Position numbers and translations under genes: made by a program. From Cetorhinus maximus (Eukaryota), in assembly GCF_964194155.1 (NCBI RefSeq), contig NC_135890.1:85064001-85128000 (forward strand): DNA of 64,000 bases, given 5' to 3'. Below the pieces are notes generated by a model, which was given only the letters and a program-made list of their open reading frames with translations, was not told the DNA's origin and made no database searches. This document shows, one piece after another, positions 52,989 through 64,000 of the stretch (within the stretch, counting starts at the first letter, position 1; the number at the start of each line of letters is the position of its first letter).

Positions 52989-53732
52989 TCCCCCCCACCC
53001 CCATTATCAGTGAGGAATTTTGCCAGTGCTTCCAATCTGGTCCCTATCCACTTTTCCATTACCTGATCCACAATTATTTTCTTTTCTTTACTGTGTAGGA
53101 TTGTCAACTGGCTTAATCTTACGGCCAAATCTATGAAATGTAAAATAAAAATGTTCTTTTCTTTATCCCACACCTTTAAATTCATCGCCACAACTTCATT
53201 GAAATCCCTCGTTAAGGGTAGACTCACTATGGGCCGCGATGGTGTCCTTCAGTATTTATTACATATATCACATCTATCGCTTATCTCCTCTGAATTTAGT
53301 GTACTCTCCATCCCTTATTCCTGCAACCCTTAGCAAAACTTTTAATCTTTGCAAAGAAGGGTGGGCAAACTGTGGAGGCAATTTTAACACAATTAGCTTT
53401 TTGGTTTCTAAATTCCTATCCCCTGATGCTAATAACAGTTCTTTAATCTCCTTGGTAGAAAAATTAGGTTTTGTTAAAGGACTACAATAGTGTCCAGATT
53501 GCGCAAATTGCAAATCTACAGGTTTTGCCGTGTTGTTCTCCATGTTCAGCTTCATTTGCGCTTTCTTCATCGATGGCCTGCTCAACAGTAATGGTATTTC
53601 GCTAGACACTGCTTCTGTACTGATGAAAAGATTGACCCCAACTATCTTACAGGGAATCACTACCCTTTTTAAAGATTTTAGGGTATCATCTTCAAATCTG
53701 AAGCTGGTGGAACTCTCAAATTCCTTAACCTT

Positions 53733-54402
53733 GGGGAGAATTTTCACATTGGTGCGTGGGGACAGGCCCCACATGCCGATGCGTAAAATGATGCGCGATG
53801 ACATTGGGTGAGAGTCCCGACGTCACCATGCGTCATTCCGATCGGCGGGCACACACCGAAGGCGGCTGTGTGCCCGCCAAACTGTCAAAGGCCTGTTAAG
53901 GTCATTAGGAGAGTAATTTAAATAATTGACAGGGCTGCCCGTCCAACCATAAGGTTGGCGGGCAGGTGAAGAGCCCAAGCAGCCTTTGCGTTTTTCATGA
54001 AACCTCATCCATGGGCGGGATGAGGTTTCATGAAGGTTTTATTAAATTAATAAATATTTTTCACACATTTTATAAACATATCCCAGCTCATGTGACACTG
54101 TCACATGAGGGGGCATGTCTAAATAATTTAAACCTGTCTTTATTTTAAACTTTCAATTTGAACTTAATCTCCCTGAGGTAGCTCTGTGCCTCAGAGATTT
54201 CTGCACTCTTTCGCGCACATGTGCAAAACAGCGCAGGCCCCAACTCTCCCTCCTCCCCCTGCTCGCACAGGTAGCGCTATTGGGCGCATGTCACGCTGGG
54301 TGGGCTTAATTGGCCCGCCCATGTAAATGGCAGCGTGCAGCCGATCGCAGGCGGCGATCTGCTCTGTACCTACTCCCAACCGACAGGCAGAAGATTCTGC
54401 CC
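53733..54402 (-). mobile_element. Harbinger MITE inserted in the Copia protease region
   Basis: TIR ggggagaattttc / gaagattctgccc and 3-bp TSD CTT. Both subterminal regions align with the ends of the 19404-23288 element in opposite orientation. Confidence 0.92.
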
Positions 54403-55554
54403 CTTATTTCAGTCCTTGTCATTTAAGGAGTCCAGGTAGCATTTTAACCAGTCTATTCCACAGACTGTAGACATGCATCCGCAGCTGAAGGAACCTGCAA
54501 CCTAGACATTCATCACTGGGCTGAAACCTCTTGTAACTAATACAATGCCCTCTCTTTGGTCAATATCACCATCTTCCGAGTCTTCTGCCTCATGTTTAAT
54601 TTCGAACACCTTATTATATCATTTAGGATAGTTCATTGCATAATGATATTTTCAACTGCATCTAAAACACCGTTTGACCACACCCCAGTCATTTATGGGG
54701 TTCATCCTTTTGTTGTAATTCTCCAATTCTTTTCTCCTGCCATAACTGTCAAAGGTGATTCTGTCTTCATTGTTTCTTGTTACAAATCTCCATTCGTACT
54801 GATGCTTGTGTCCTTTTTCTTGACGGTCTCACCGTCAACATTGTATCCTCCATTTTCTGTCTACCATCAAATGACCCATTTGCGCCATGAATGCTGCCGG
54901 AAAGAAATGTTTTCCGAGGAATTTTTTTTAAAAAAAGAGCTCCTGACATCTGTTTTAGCTGTGTGTGTCTTTCCGCGAATTTAACAAAACTAGAAGTCTG
55001 TCCATATTCGATACCCTGGCACAGTCTAGTAACTTAAATGCCCGCACTGACTGGGGAATTTCTAGACAGAACTTTTGCAATCTTGCATATGGCCTACTGA
55101 GTTCCATTAATCTTCTATGGGATTATCCAGCTTTCTAAATTTGTCAAAATCTGACCACGCTTCATAAGCACTTAACAGTCATCCTTCTGATAGATCTTAT
55201 CCATAAAATCTAATAGCATCTCCAAACCTTCATCCATGTTCAAATGCTCAGGCTCCAACTCCAAAAATACTTTGCATCTTATTTTGCTTTTGTATCGTAA
55301 CGAAAGTGCCAAGGCCATTCCTGGTATTTTTTCTTTGGCAAGGACATAACCAGTGTCCACATGATTACTACATTCTTCTGGCGCTCATAGGGTTCACTTT
55401 CAGAAAACCTCGGTGGGTAATCATACCCTTAAATGCTACATTTTGATTCAGCCATTCTCCAAAGGTAATCAAAACCACTTTTCTCAAAGTTAAATCCAAA
55501 TGCAGTCTTTTGTCTGAAGAAAGCTTAGTTTCCAATCTTTTACTTATAAGCAGG

Positions 55555-55572
55555 AACCATCCTCTGCTACCA
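55555..55572 (-). other. Primer binding site complementary to tRNA-iMet
   Basis: Minus strand TGGTAGCAGAGGATGGTT, 1 nt from the 5' LTR. It is the 18-nt complement of the vertebrate initiator tRNA-Met 3' end (AACCATCCTCTGCTACCA). Confidence 0.93.
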
Positions 55573-55765
55573 CTGATAAAGTCACAAGGCCTGCTTGAAA
55601 TAAAGATAAAGATTAAGACTGGCTTCTGCAGCAGAGTTTTATTTTTTGGTCCATAAAACTATACAGAGAATTTGTCTCACCTGTTTTCTCTTTTATATAT
55701 TCAAATGGGTACTTAGCTAGTTAACTGATAATTACCAATTAAACTCCTTGTGAGTTAAGTGTTTC

Positions 55766-56040
55766 TTCAGCTGTGGCTCAGTTCATAGCACCCTCGCCTT
55801 TGAATCAGAGGGTTGTGGGTTCATGTCCCACTCCCGGAAACCAAGAACTGTGATTGTACTCGAAAGAGTTGCAATCTGTGACTGTTGATAACTCGAAAGA
55901 GTTTCAGCTGTGGCTCAGTCCATAGCACCCTCGCCTTTGAATCAGAGGGTTGTGGGTTCATGTCCCACTCCTGGAAACCAAGAACTGTGATTGTACTCGA
56001 AAGAGTTGCAATCTGTGACTGTTGATAACTCGAAAGAGTT
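55766..56040 (+). repeat. 137-bp tandem duplication of a tRNA-derived SINE head plus hairpins, inside the Copia 5' LTR
   Basis: Two near-identical units starting ttcagctgtggctcag (55766, 55903). A/B boxes tggctcagt and ggttcatgtccc. Each unit has actc-gaaa-gagt twice. Confidence 0.9.
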
Positions 56041-56734
56041 TCCCCAACAGCAGTCACTTGTAATGTACAAATTCTCTAGCACAGGAGGTACCAGAGCAGC
56101 AAAAGACCAGGACCACGATATCTGCAGTATCTTAACAGACCACAAAGTGTTGACATAACATCCTTTGACAAATCTTTAGCTTTGCTTTAGCAGCAGAACA
56201 CCACACTAACCTGGATATAGCAAGAACATTTCTCCCCATGGTATTATGAACTCTAGGCAAAGGCAGTTAATGATCTGTCAATTAAATCCTTGAAAAACAA
56301 ACTAAACAAATATTTGTTCATGACAGTGATTGAAGATTTTAAGGAAAAGTTAAAATAATCACAATGATTCCTGTGTTGCAGGAGACATGGAAGAATTACC
56401 TTTGGAATACAGCAACCCAAAGGGTAAATCTGTATTAATATGTAGTTTTGTATGACTACATTTGAGGGATTAGGGAGATATTTTACAGTGTTACCTTCTT
56501 GAAGATTCACTGTTAAATGGTTTCCTCTTTTAGAAAACTAAATTGATTGCACAAATTGTCCATGATGAAGCAAATTGTATATGATCTGTGATGGGTTAAA
56601 ATGACCTTGCTCATTACAATAGTCACTACATTCCCAAAGTAATTAGTTGAAGATTTTTGAGATCTTTGAACATAAAGTATTCTATAAATGTAAGTATTAG
56701 TGCTTTATTTATATCGATCTTTCTCCTAAATATA

Positions 56735-56920
56735 AAAGCAAAAAACTGCAGATGCTGGAAATCGCAAACAAAAACAAAAATACCTGGAAAAACTCAGGTC
56801 TGGCAGCATCAGCGGAGAGGAACACAGTTAACATTTCGAGTCCGTATGACTCTTCAACAGAACTAAGTAAAAATAGAAAAGAGGTGAAAAATAAGCTGGT
56901 TTAAGGGTGGGTGGGACAGG
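56735..56920 (-). mobile_element. Short Penelope-derived insertion with 13-bp TSD and hammerhead-like motif (56826-56864)
   Basis: TSD tctcctaaatata (56722-56734, 56921-56933). Minus strand agtt-CTGTTGA-a-gagtc atacg gactc-GAAA-tgtt-aact. Confidence 0.88.
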
Positions 56921-57098
56921 TCTCCTAAATATATTTGATTGGTTAACCTTTGGATTGCTCAACCCTTGAAATACGTTAAGGCATTCTAAGGGACATTGGT
57001 GACACACAAGCTTCATGAGTCTGTGATAAAGAATGGGTTTATTAAAGGCATTGGGTAATGACTAGTAAATGAGAGATACAATGGAAGCACAAACTCAC

Positions 57099-57295
57099 CA
57101 GTTTCTGGAGTTCAAACTCGTATGCTCTCCGCCAATATCCTTTCTCATCACTCGATTCTAATCTTACTTGATAGCCTGAGCAAGTTGCTATTGCAGCACT
57201 GTCTGATGCCACTGCTATAGCTTGTATCTCCTGGGTATGTTGATAATGATGAACTGGTTCCCGTGCAAGAACTGTGCTCCATACATCAACAGCAC
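57099..57295 (-). CDS. FBXW8: FBXW8 coding exon (WD40 region), 197 bp
   Basis: Acceptor cctgcag|GT and donor CTG|gtgagt. Translates (G)AVDVWSTVLAREPVHHYQHTQEIQAIAVASDSAAIATCSGYQVRLESSDEKGYWRRAYEFELQKL, matching recalled vertebrate FBXW8 (...PVHRFEHDARIQALALSQDDATVATAS...EEGYWQIAAEFEVPKL). Ends in phase 0, matching the next exon. Confidence 0.93.
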
Positions 57296-57868
57296 CTGCA
57301 GGTGAATACAAGAGGAAATCAGTAAAATGATTATGCAACATAGGCTCAGAAATTATATGCAAATAATATGACTTCTAAAAAATACTCACCCACAATTCCA
57401 TTAAAGCCCTTTAACTTAATACATTCAATAACTCAGCAATCGTTTCTCATTTTAAAAAATGCGTATCACTTTTCATATCACATGGAAAATTTCATAAATT
57501 AAACTTCGCAATGCAGTGGTTGCACACTGCACATTAATTTGGCTTGGACATTATGTTTAAGATCAGACAGATGAAGAAATAGTAATGCAAGATTCAATAA
57601 CTTTCAATTCCTCTAAAATACTTTGGCCTGTGTAAATTATTGGAAGTGCATAATACAATGTTAAAAATCAATTCTCAACAGGTACATAAATTGCAGGACA
57701 ACAAGCTGCTTTTTTGAAATCAAAAAAGTAAAGATCAGTACACAAACTACATTACAATTAGCACTGCAGCTGGTTTCCCATCAGGCCTTAAAGTACTGCA
57801 ATTCATGGGGTAATTTAAGTTGACCTGTATTCTCAGCTGACCCACATTTTGAGGGAATCGCACATTTA

Positions 57869-59474
57869 GGGGAGAAATTCATCTGGGCATTCTTTTCTGG
57901 GCAAAAAATCGGTGCTTTGCAGGCAGTATATGCCCCAACCAGCAAGGCTGCATCGTAATTGGACTATGGACCTCGTTTCAATAATTTAGGCAAGCTGCTA
58001 ACACCTATCATGCATTCATAGGGAGCTTGCCCATTTGAAGACTTGAATGTCGGGCTGCTTGCCTCGCTGGCGCTGTGGGGCGTGGCAGAGTAGGAGTGCG
58101 TTGTGGGGGGCAGTTTGTCACAAGTGCAGTGGGTCAGGGGAGTCCTCTGGCTTATGACACTTCCCAACCTCATTCCTCATTACATTTTGACCCTTGGCAT
58201 CTATTTAAGAGCATTGTCTGAGCTCAAACACCAATCAATTGTACACCAATGAAAATGCGGGCTTGTAACCATGTTATCCTGAATTCCACACCTTCAGTCT
58301 ACATTAAGGCTTTAGATAATTGTAAGAACATCAGAACCTAAGAAATAGTATCAGGACTGATCATACAGCCCTCGAGGCTGCTTTGCCATTCAATAAGAAT
58401 AGGGTGATCATTAACCTCAACTCCGCTTTCCTGGCCTATGCCTACATTCTTTCACTCCCTTGGAGTCCAAAAATCTATTGATCACAGCCTTGAATATATT
58501 CAATGACTGGACAGCCACAGCCCTCAGGGGTCAAGAATTCCAAAGATTCACAACTTTCTCAGTGAAGAGATTTCGCCTCATCTCGGTCCTAAATGGCTAA
58601 ATTATCTTGAAAACATGCCCCTTCGTTTTGGACTCTCGAGCTTCTCTAACTGTGGTCAATTGTGTGTAATGACCATGAAGCATGGTATGAGAATGCAAAA
58701 CAGTGGAGGTTTGAGTGCTGCTGTTCAGCTGGGTGCCTCCAGAGAGGAATGAGTGAGGTACGATGTGCAGGATAATGCTGTGCAAGCCAGAGTGTGGGTC
58801 TTGGTGCCTGACAATGTTAAGTAATTCACCTGCCAGGCCCTCCTGAAGTCCAGGATCCTTCTGATACATGGTCCCAAGGTGAGAGGGGGCCACATTGCTG
58901 CTGCTCACTTCCTCAGACACTTCCATCTATGCTAGCTTGGTTGAATAATTTGTCCTCTTCTTCCTGCTCTTTGGAGAACTCATCTCACTGCAGCCCCTCA
59001 GCTCCCTCACCTCCAGGTAAGAGTGAGAGATCCAGGGCCAGCCTTCCCGAGTCTCATTATTCTGGTGGATGCTGCAGCCTGAAAAATCCAAGCCCTGGTG
59101 AGCTGCTCCGAAACATGCTGTGATTCCTTTAAGCAGAAACCCTTGCCCTGATAAAATTGCCACATCATTCTTGCCACCCTCTCCAATTGATTGATAAGTG
59201 TGGAGGTGGGCTCTTAATTGGTTTGCCTTGGCAAAGAGAAGGCCCATTACTTCAGCGATCAGGTGCACAACCCAAAAATGGTCGCAACGTCTGAAAATAA
59301 AACTAAGATTCCGTCCTTTACATCCTGCTCACAGCTTACTTTTCCATCTAGCTCATCCTTTAAAGCTTTTTGTAAAAACTGGATCTGTCGGAAACGGGGG
59401 CAGGGTTTCCACATCCGGGTCCAGCCGCATTTTCAAAGGTTCTGAGTCTTCCCAACTCTTTGAAAATCCAGCCC
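57869..59474 (-). mobile_element. Old Harbinger-derived remnant with decayed Myb/SANT exon (about 58820-59050); CR1 3' fragment nested at about 58325-58645
   Basis: Right terminus gaaaatccagccc. Minus translation PWISHSYLEV..RKKR..TKLA*MEVSEEVSSSNVAP parallels the Myb exon at 19750-19967. Left boundary uncertain. Confidence 0.55.
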
Positions 59475-59839
59475 AAAATATTCGTTTAATGTCTCTGCCA
59501 CTTTATTTTCTGCCACAATTTCTCCTGTCTCAGCCTCTAAGAACCCATGTTTCCTTTTGCAATGTTTTTTTTTTACACATTTGTAGAAGCTCTAACAATC
59601 TGTTTTTGTATTTCTTGCTAGTTTACTCTAGCAAATTGGCACAAGAACAAGATCGTGGAGTTGAATATGTGATTCAAAGATTGTGTGGGGGAGACAAATT
59701 TTTGATTCATGGAGAGCTCTCTCCAGTACTATAGCCCGGATTGTAATTAAAAAATTATTACCTTTTAGGTTTGTGCTTATTAATTTGGACCTTGCTTCTC
59801 AAACTCACTCAGCAAAACACTCCTCGTTCTCCCTATGTC

Positions 59840-60320
59840 GTTGGGTCCTGTGTGGACCACGACAACTGAATCCTGCCCTTTCCACTCCAAGCTCTTCTCC
59901 AGCTGAGAGCCGGTGTCCCTAAACCTGATACCAGGCAGGCAGCACAACTTTGGAATTCACGGTTGCGGCTGCAGAGAACAGTATTTATCCACCTGCAGAC
60001 TTTTCCTTCATCCACACAGGCAGCAAGAATCTCATTTCTGCTGGGTAAGGGCAAGGCTGAGTCTCCTCCAGTACTGCACCTGGGGTAACCTTACCTGCCT
60101 GATTCATAGTCATACCTTTTTGTCCCTGGCCACTAGTCCAGATAACTCTCTCTCTTTCTGATGCCCTGCAAAATTTGCACTTCAGATTCCAGCTCAATAA
60201 CTTTGCAATAAAGTTTCTTGAAATGCAGACATACTGCGAATGTGGTTGCCTGGCATCGCAATGCTCTCCACAGACTCCGACATGCTGCAGTTGTACCACA
60301 CCACCTGCACTGCCATCTCT
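59840..60320 (-). mobile_element. CR1 ORF1 5' fragment
   Basis: Reverse strand resembles the CR1 ORF1 zinc finger/coiled coil region seen at 15680-16100 and 1-300. Confidence 0.6.
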
Positions 60321-61389
60321 TTATAACCTTGCTATATTTATTTAGTTAATTAAGATGTAGTTAAACTTATCTTATTTAGTTTTTTAAAAACTGATTATTT
60401 GATCTAATTTAAGTTATAAATGGAATAAATGGAATATTAACATGTAACTTAACCCGCTTTCCCGCCTTGCGTTGCGACAACACTTCTATCGCCCAAAGCT
60501 CAGCCATGCCCTTTCCTTAGATCTTAGGTCTATTTATTTACCTAAAGGATACTGTGCTCTTAGACAAATGATACATTAAACATTAAACTCATAACTCGGA
60601 TTGCTCAGCTCCTGCCACTTCTCACCCTATACCAGGTTGGTCAAATTTACTGAACCTAAGAGCCACATACAATAATCTTCAGATGTTCAAGAGCCACAAG
60701 ACATGCACACGCTTTACACAGGCTAATTACTGCTAGAAGAGATCTTATGGATCTCCATCCTGGCTGTAAATCTTTGAAAATCCAGCTGATATGTTGTCAA
60801 GGCTGTATGAAGGCGCTCTGTAAGAGGTTGATTTGTAAGGACTGCACGATGTTTCGACTTTCCAAACTTCATTACAAGTACAGCGATTCAACACAATATG
60901 TTGTGCCGAAAATTGAAATGAGTTGCACACTAGTTTCCTTGAGTTGAGGGTATTTTGTTTCTGGCACTTGCTTCCAGAACTCAATTGTAGATTGTGATTT
61001 ATGCATCATCTTTAGACCCTGGTCCTCCTGAAAGTCCATCTACAGTAGATGCTTCTGTAACCAGAAGTTCAAAAATCAGACAACCATTGTTGACATCAAC
61101 CATGAATGGTTTACAAGAAAGGTAAAGCAGGATCTCAACTTCTGCAAGTCATCAGACTTTGCTCAAAAAGATTATCTCTGTATTCTTCAGGTTTGTGATC
61201 TTTTACTTCCCTCCTTTTGTGATGGGGAATGTGGTTGAAGTTTCTTGACAGCCTGTCTCTTTGCAAAAGCCTTACTTTATTCTGGAAGCTGAAAACTGTC
61301 TGATTAAAGTCCTTCCCCTGCAGTGCGAAGTTGAAAGTTTGTAGATGCTTCATAATAATCAGTAAGAAACATCAGATCCTGCATCCATT

Positions 61390-62740
61390 TACGATGATCC
61401 CAGCTGATGTTACTACTGGACAAGCCTGATGTTACTACTGGATGCCAGGGTGGAACCTGACTTGATAGATCCTAACTTTTATATGTTGTTTAGATATGTG
61501 GAAAGTGGATACTGAACAGAATCACAGGAGCCAACTAATGAACTTTTAACAAAAGAACAACACATTTATTAAACAAGAAAAAATGAACTATATTACAATA
61601 GTCCTTCACCCACAACTATACCTTTACAGATATATAGAGATTTGTAAGGATAACACAAGTTAAAAAAGCTATCTTATTCTCTAATGTTCACAGTAAGTAC
61701 ACAATCCATGTAAACCAATTTGCGACCTGTGGTCAGGCACACCATACTCTGAAACCAAGTGACAGATGCCACCCCAAACAGATGTTATGGATCTCTCCTC
61801 AACTCCCCCCAGACACTTGTCACACCGTGGGTCAACCAGTTTCAATGAACTCCATCTTTCACACGAGGATTTCCCATCTTCATTCGAAGAATTCATCTGG
61901 AATCTTCTCCCAAATCAATGCTTTCTCTCAGTTGCCTTCCGCAAGGGTCCACCTCCAGGTTTCGAACTTTCCTTCCAATGTTCCTCTCATCTGGATCACC
62001 ACGTGCATTCAAGCTTTCTTCCACGCATTCTCTCTCTCTAGCTCAGCCGTCAACAGTGCACCACTGCGTCACATGCCCAAAGCAAAGAGTTACAGACCTT
62101 CAGCTGTCTCCTTGAACCTTCTGGCTTCTCGCACACATATATTGCTTTAAATCTGCTTCCTGCAGCTTTCTCCCTTTAAGCCTGAAGACTTTCTCTCTGC
62201 TCCTTACTGTCACTTCCATAGAACAGGACCTTTTCTGGACTCACTGTTCTTGCCCTTTGACTAGATTGTCCTTTTGGAACCTTTCCTGTTTCACTCCCCT
62301 GGATTTGGGGACTTTCTTCCTTAGTTCCTGGAACCTGCTTCTGCAGTTTCCTCTCCTGTCTAGCCTCTCTTGGCAGCTGGCTTCCACTTTAGTTTGGGGC
62401 TTGCTATCTGTCCCTCTGCTAGGCTGCTCCTGCTGGCAACTGCTTCCAACTGGACTCAAACTGCTTTTTCTAGTTTTGTGTGTGTTCTCCCTCTCTGGGC
62501 CCCTGTTGCTAGGGAACCGCACTGTTTTTTAAAAACTCATTTGCTTTAACTTCTCTTAAAGAGTCATAAATGCAGGCATACAAACATAGATTTAGACTTG
62601 CTGTCTCCACTCAAATCTGAAACTAGATCCTATTTTTCACCTTTTAACTCACAAATAGAAAAAAAAATAAATTAAAGACATATCTTATTCCTAACACACC
62701 CGAATACACACATGACTTAAGCTCTCTCTATTTCCTAACA
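61390..62740 (-). mobile_element. Solo LTR nested in the hAT transposase
   Basis: 4-bp TSD CATT (61386-61389, 62741-62744); ends ttcctaaca. Removing it rejoins hAT coding sequence ENDEW-MQDLMFL. Strand is inferred. Confidence 0.8.
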
Positions 62741-63179
62741 CATTCGTCATTTTCCAGCTGTGGACAGGATCTTTTCTTTTCTTCAAGAAAAGCAATGATA
62801 GGTTTGTGGAACTGTTGCAGCCGATTCAAGACAGTGCTGGTTGACAACCACCTCACAATGCAGTAGAAAGACATCGTCAGGCTGGTCTTCAAGATTCAGC
62901 TCTTCAATAAAACTTTTGAACTGTCGATGAGTCTTCCCATTTCAGCAGATGAAATTGACAATTTCAAGGACCGTTTTCATAATATTTTCTTACTTGATGT
63001 ATCTTGCTGAAGTTCTATTTCATGACGAATAATGCAACGAATGGGGAGAAACTTCAGAAATTTGGGATCACTTTTCAAGAGAGCAATTAGGCCTACATTT
63101 TTTCCCACCATTGCAGGTGTTCCATCCGTTGCAACACTGATGGGTTTATCCTGTGGTATATTGGCATTTGTCAATGCTG

Positions 63180-63792
63180 TGTCATGTGTTTTTTATGTCA
63201 GCATCACGAGTCTGCACTAACAATTGCCCACCTCGCAGGGTTTCAATCTTGCATTCTGAGATTCCTTTCCCTGTATTCCCACGTACACTCAAGCATCAAA
63301 TTACAAGCACAATTTCAGCTCTTCGGCCATGCCAGCAAAACACTACTATTCAAAGGAGTCCCTTTGCCCCAACGGCCACAGCACGGAGTCACCAACCTTC
63401 AGATGCCTTCTTGGATCTTCAGGGCATCTCCTTAGCTCACTTCACTTACCAGGGCTTCTCCTGTGCCCACCTTTAAAGTCTGCTCCCCACAGTGCTTTCT
63501 TTAATTGGAGACTGTTTCTCCTTTTCTCAATTCAACTAGTACCTGTTCCTGTCCCTTGTCTCTGCCTCTGGGACACTTTTTGGGACCTCTCCTTGTCCCT
63601 CTCTCCAGGACAATTCCTGACTACGGCGCTCCACACCTGGTCACACGACCTGGGTTTTTGCATCCATTTTTTTTCCCTCTATGCACAGACGCATAGGGCC
63701 TGAAGAACGAAAAGTTGCCGAAGTGCGCATGTGCAGCCCATTCCTGGCCTGCGCACTTTCCCGGCAAGCAGGTAAGGCTGGATTTTGTAACG
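63180..63792 (-). mobile_element. Partial LTR nested in the hAT element
   Basis: Aligns with 42870-43340 (gcccacctcgcagg, cacagcacggagtcaccaaccttcag, gggcctgaa). Confidence 0.7.
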
Positions 63793-64000
63793 CAGTTTAT
63801 ATTAAATTGAGATGCAAAAAGGTGTTCAGCTAATATTTTTCTGCAAGCCGCACTTTACATGTCAAAGAGCTGCATGTGGCTCACAAGCCTCGGTTTGGCC
63901 ATGTCTGCTCTATACTAACTATGCATCACTCTGGTGCAAGAGTTTTTACACTCTAGGTGAATCTTCAGTCTTCACCACTTTGCCCCCACCCCAAAATTAA

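Larger units (their letters stand above)
50130..55455 (-). pseudogene. Copia gag-pol remnant
   Basis: gag GMALALSL; zinc knuckle RCFRC..YHYAMN; protease STVCG..EIPLLLSR; integrase QFAHP/CDIC, VAMNLK..LHFID, TDNGG; RT KARLV, SIDIK.AF, VDNILW; RNase H FSDVSYANL, RLRIDIASLK, QLSDCF. Confidence 0.92.
49815..56049 (-). mobile_element. Full-length decayed Ty1/copia LTR retrotransposon (GalEa-like)
   Basis: LTRs 49815-50022 and 55574-56049 (interrupted), TG..CA ends, 5-bp TSD GCAGT (49810-49814, 56050-56054). Domain order gag-PR-INT-RT-RH. Confidence 0.95.
60633..63907 (-). mobile_element. hAT (Charlie/SPIN-like) DNA transposon, decayed
   Basis: Termini caggttggtcaaa / tttggccatgtctg; 8-bp TSD ccctatac/ctctatac; transposase motifs SVATDGTPAMVG, CIIRHE, NFALQGKD, FGTTYCVES. 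Confidence 0.88.

Noticed and set aside
55766-56040. CRISPR-like array (repeated actcgaaagagtt)
   Set aside because: The spacers are themselves duplicated, there are no cas genes, and the context is eukaryotic. It is a tandem duplication.
62241-62532. Overlapping Leu-rich / Lys-Arg-rich ORFs (also 42709-43454, 63329-63703)
   Set aside because: They lie in pyrimidine-rich solo LTR sequence, and the frames are not conserved between related copies.
60745-63174. GTF2IRD2/ZBED-like host gene
   Set aside because: Frameshifted, interrupted by LTRs and bounded by TIR/TSD, so it is a dead hAT transposase.
1-64000. Most 60-180 aa ORFs in the track as independent genes
   Set aside because: They are frameshifted TE fragments, antisense shadows of TE ORFs or random ORFs. 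Only the three FBXW8 exons have host-gene homology plus splice signals.

Overview
Eukaryotic, AT-rich vertebrate DNA. The repeat content (CR1/HER1-like LINEs, Penelope-derived repeats, tRNA-headed SINEs) points to a shark or other cartilaginous fish; that assignment is inference. The window lies inside one minus-strand gene, FBXW8 (F-box/WD40 substrate receptor). Three in-phase coding exons are visible (57295-57099, 45079-44858, 4517-4390), separated by introns of about 12 kb and 40 kb. The introns are packed with nested transposable elements. Highlights: (i) a full-length, decayed Ty1/copia (GalEa-like) LTR retrotransposon with 5-bp TSD, a perfect 18-nt tRNA-iMet PBS and a PPT, carrying three nested insertions; (ii) a PIF/Harbinger DNA transposon with perfect TIR/TSD, a spliced 3-exon Myb/SANT gene and a passenger CR1 fragment, plus related MITEs; (iii) short Penelope-derived insertions with 13-14 bp TSDs carrying minimal type I hammerhead ribozyme motifs, two copies of which are hit by one MITE family at the same base; (iv) a hAT element containing solo LTRs; (v) a LINE/SINE pair sharing both 5' body and 3' tail. 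No prokaryotic features or CRISPR arrays. Family names come from motif recognition, not database searches, and boundaries of old repeats are approximate.
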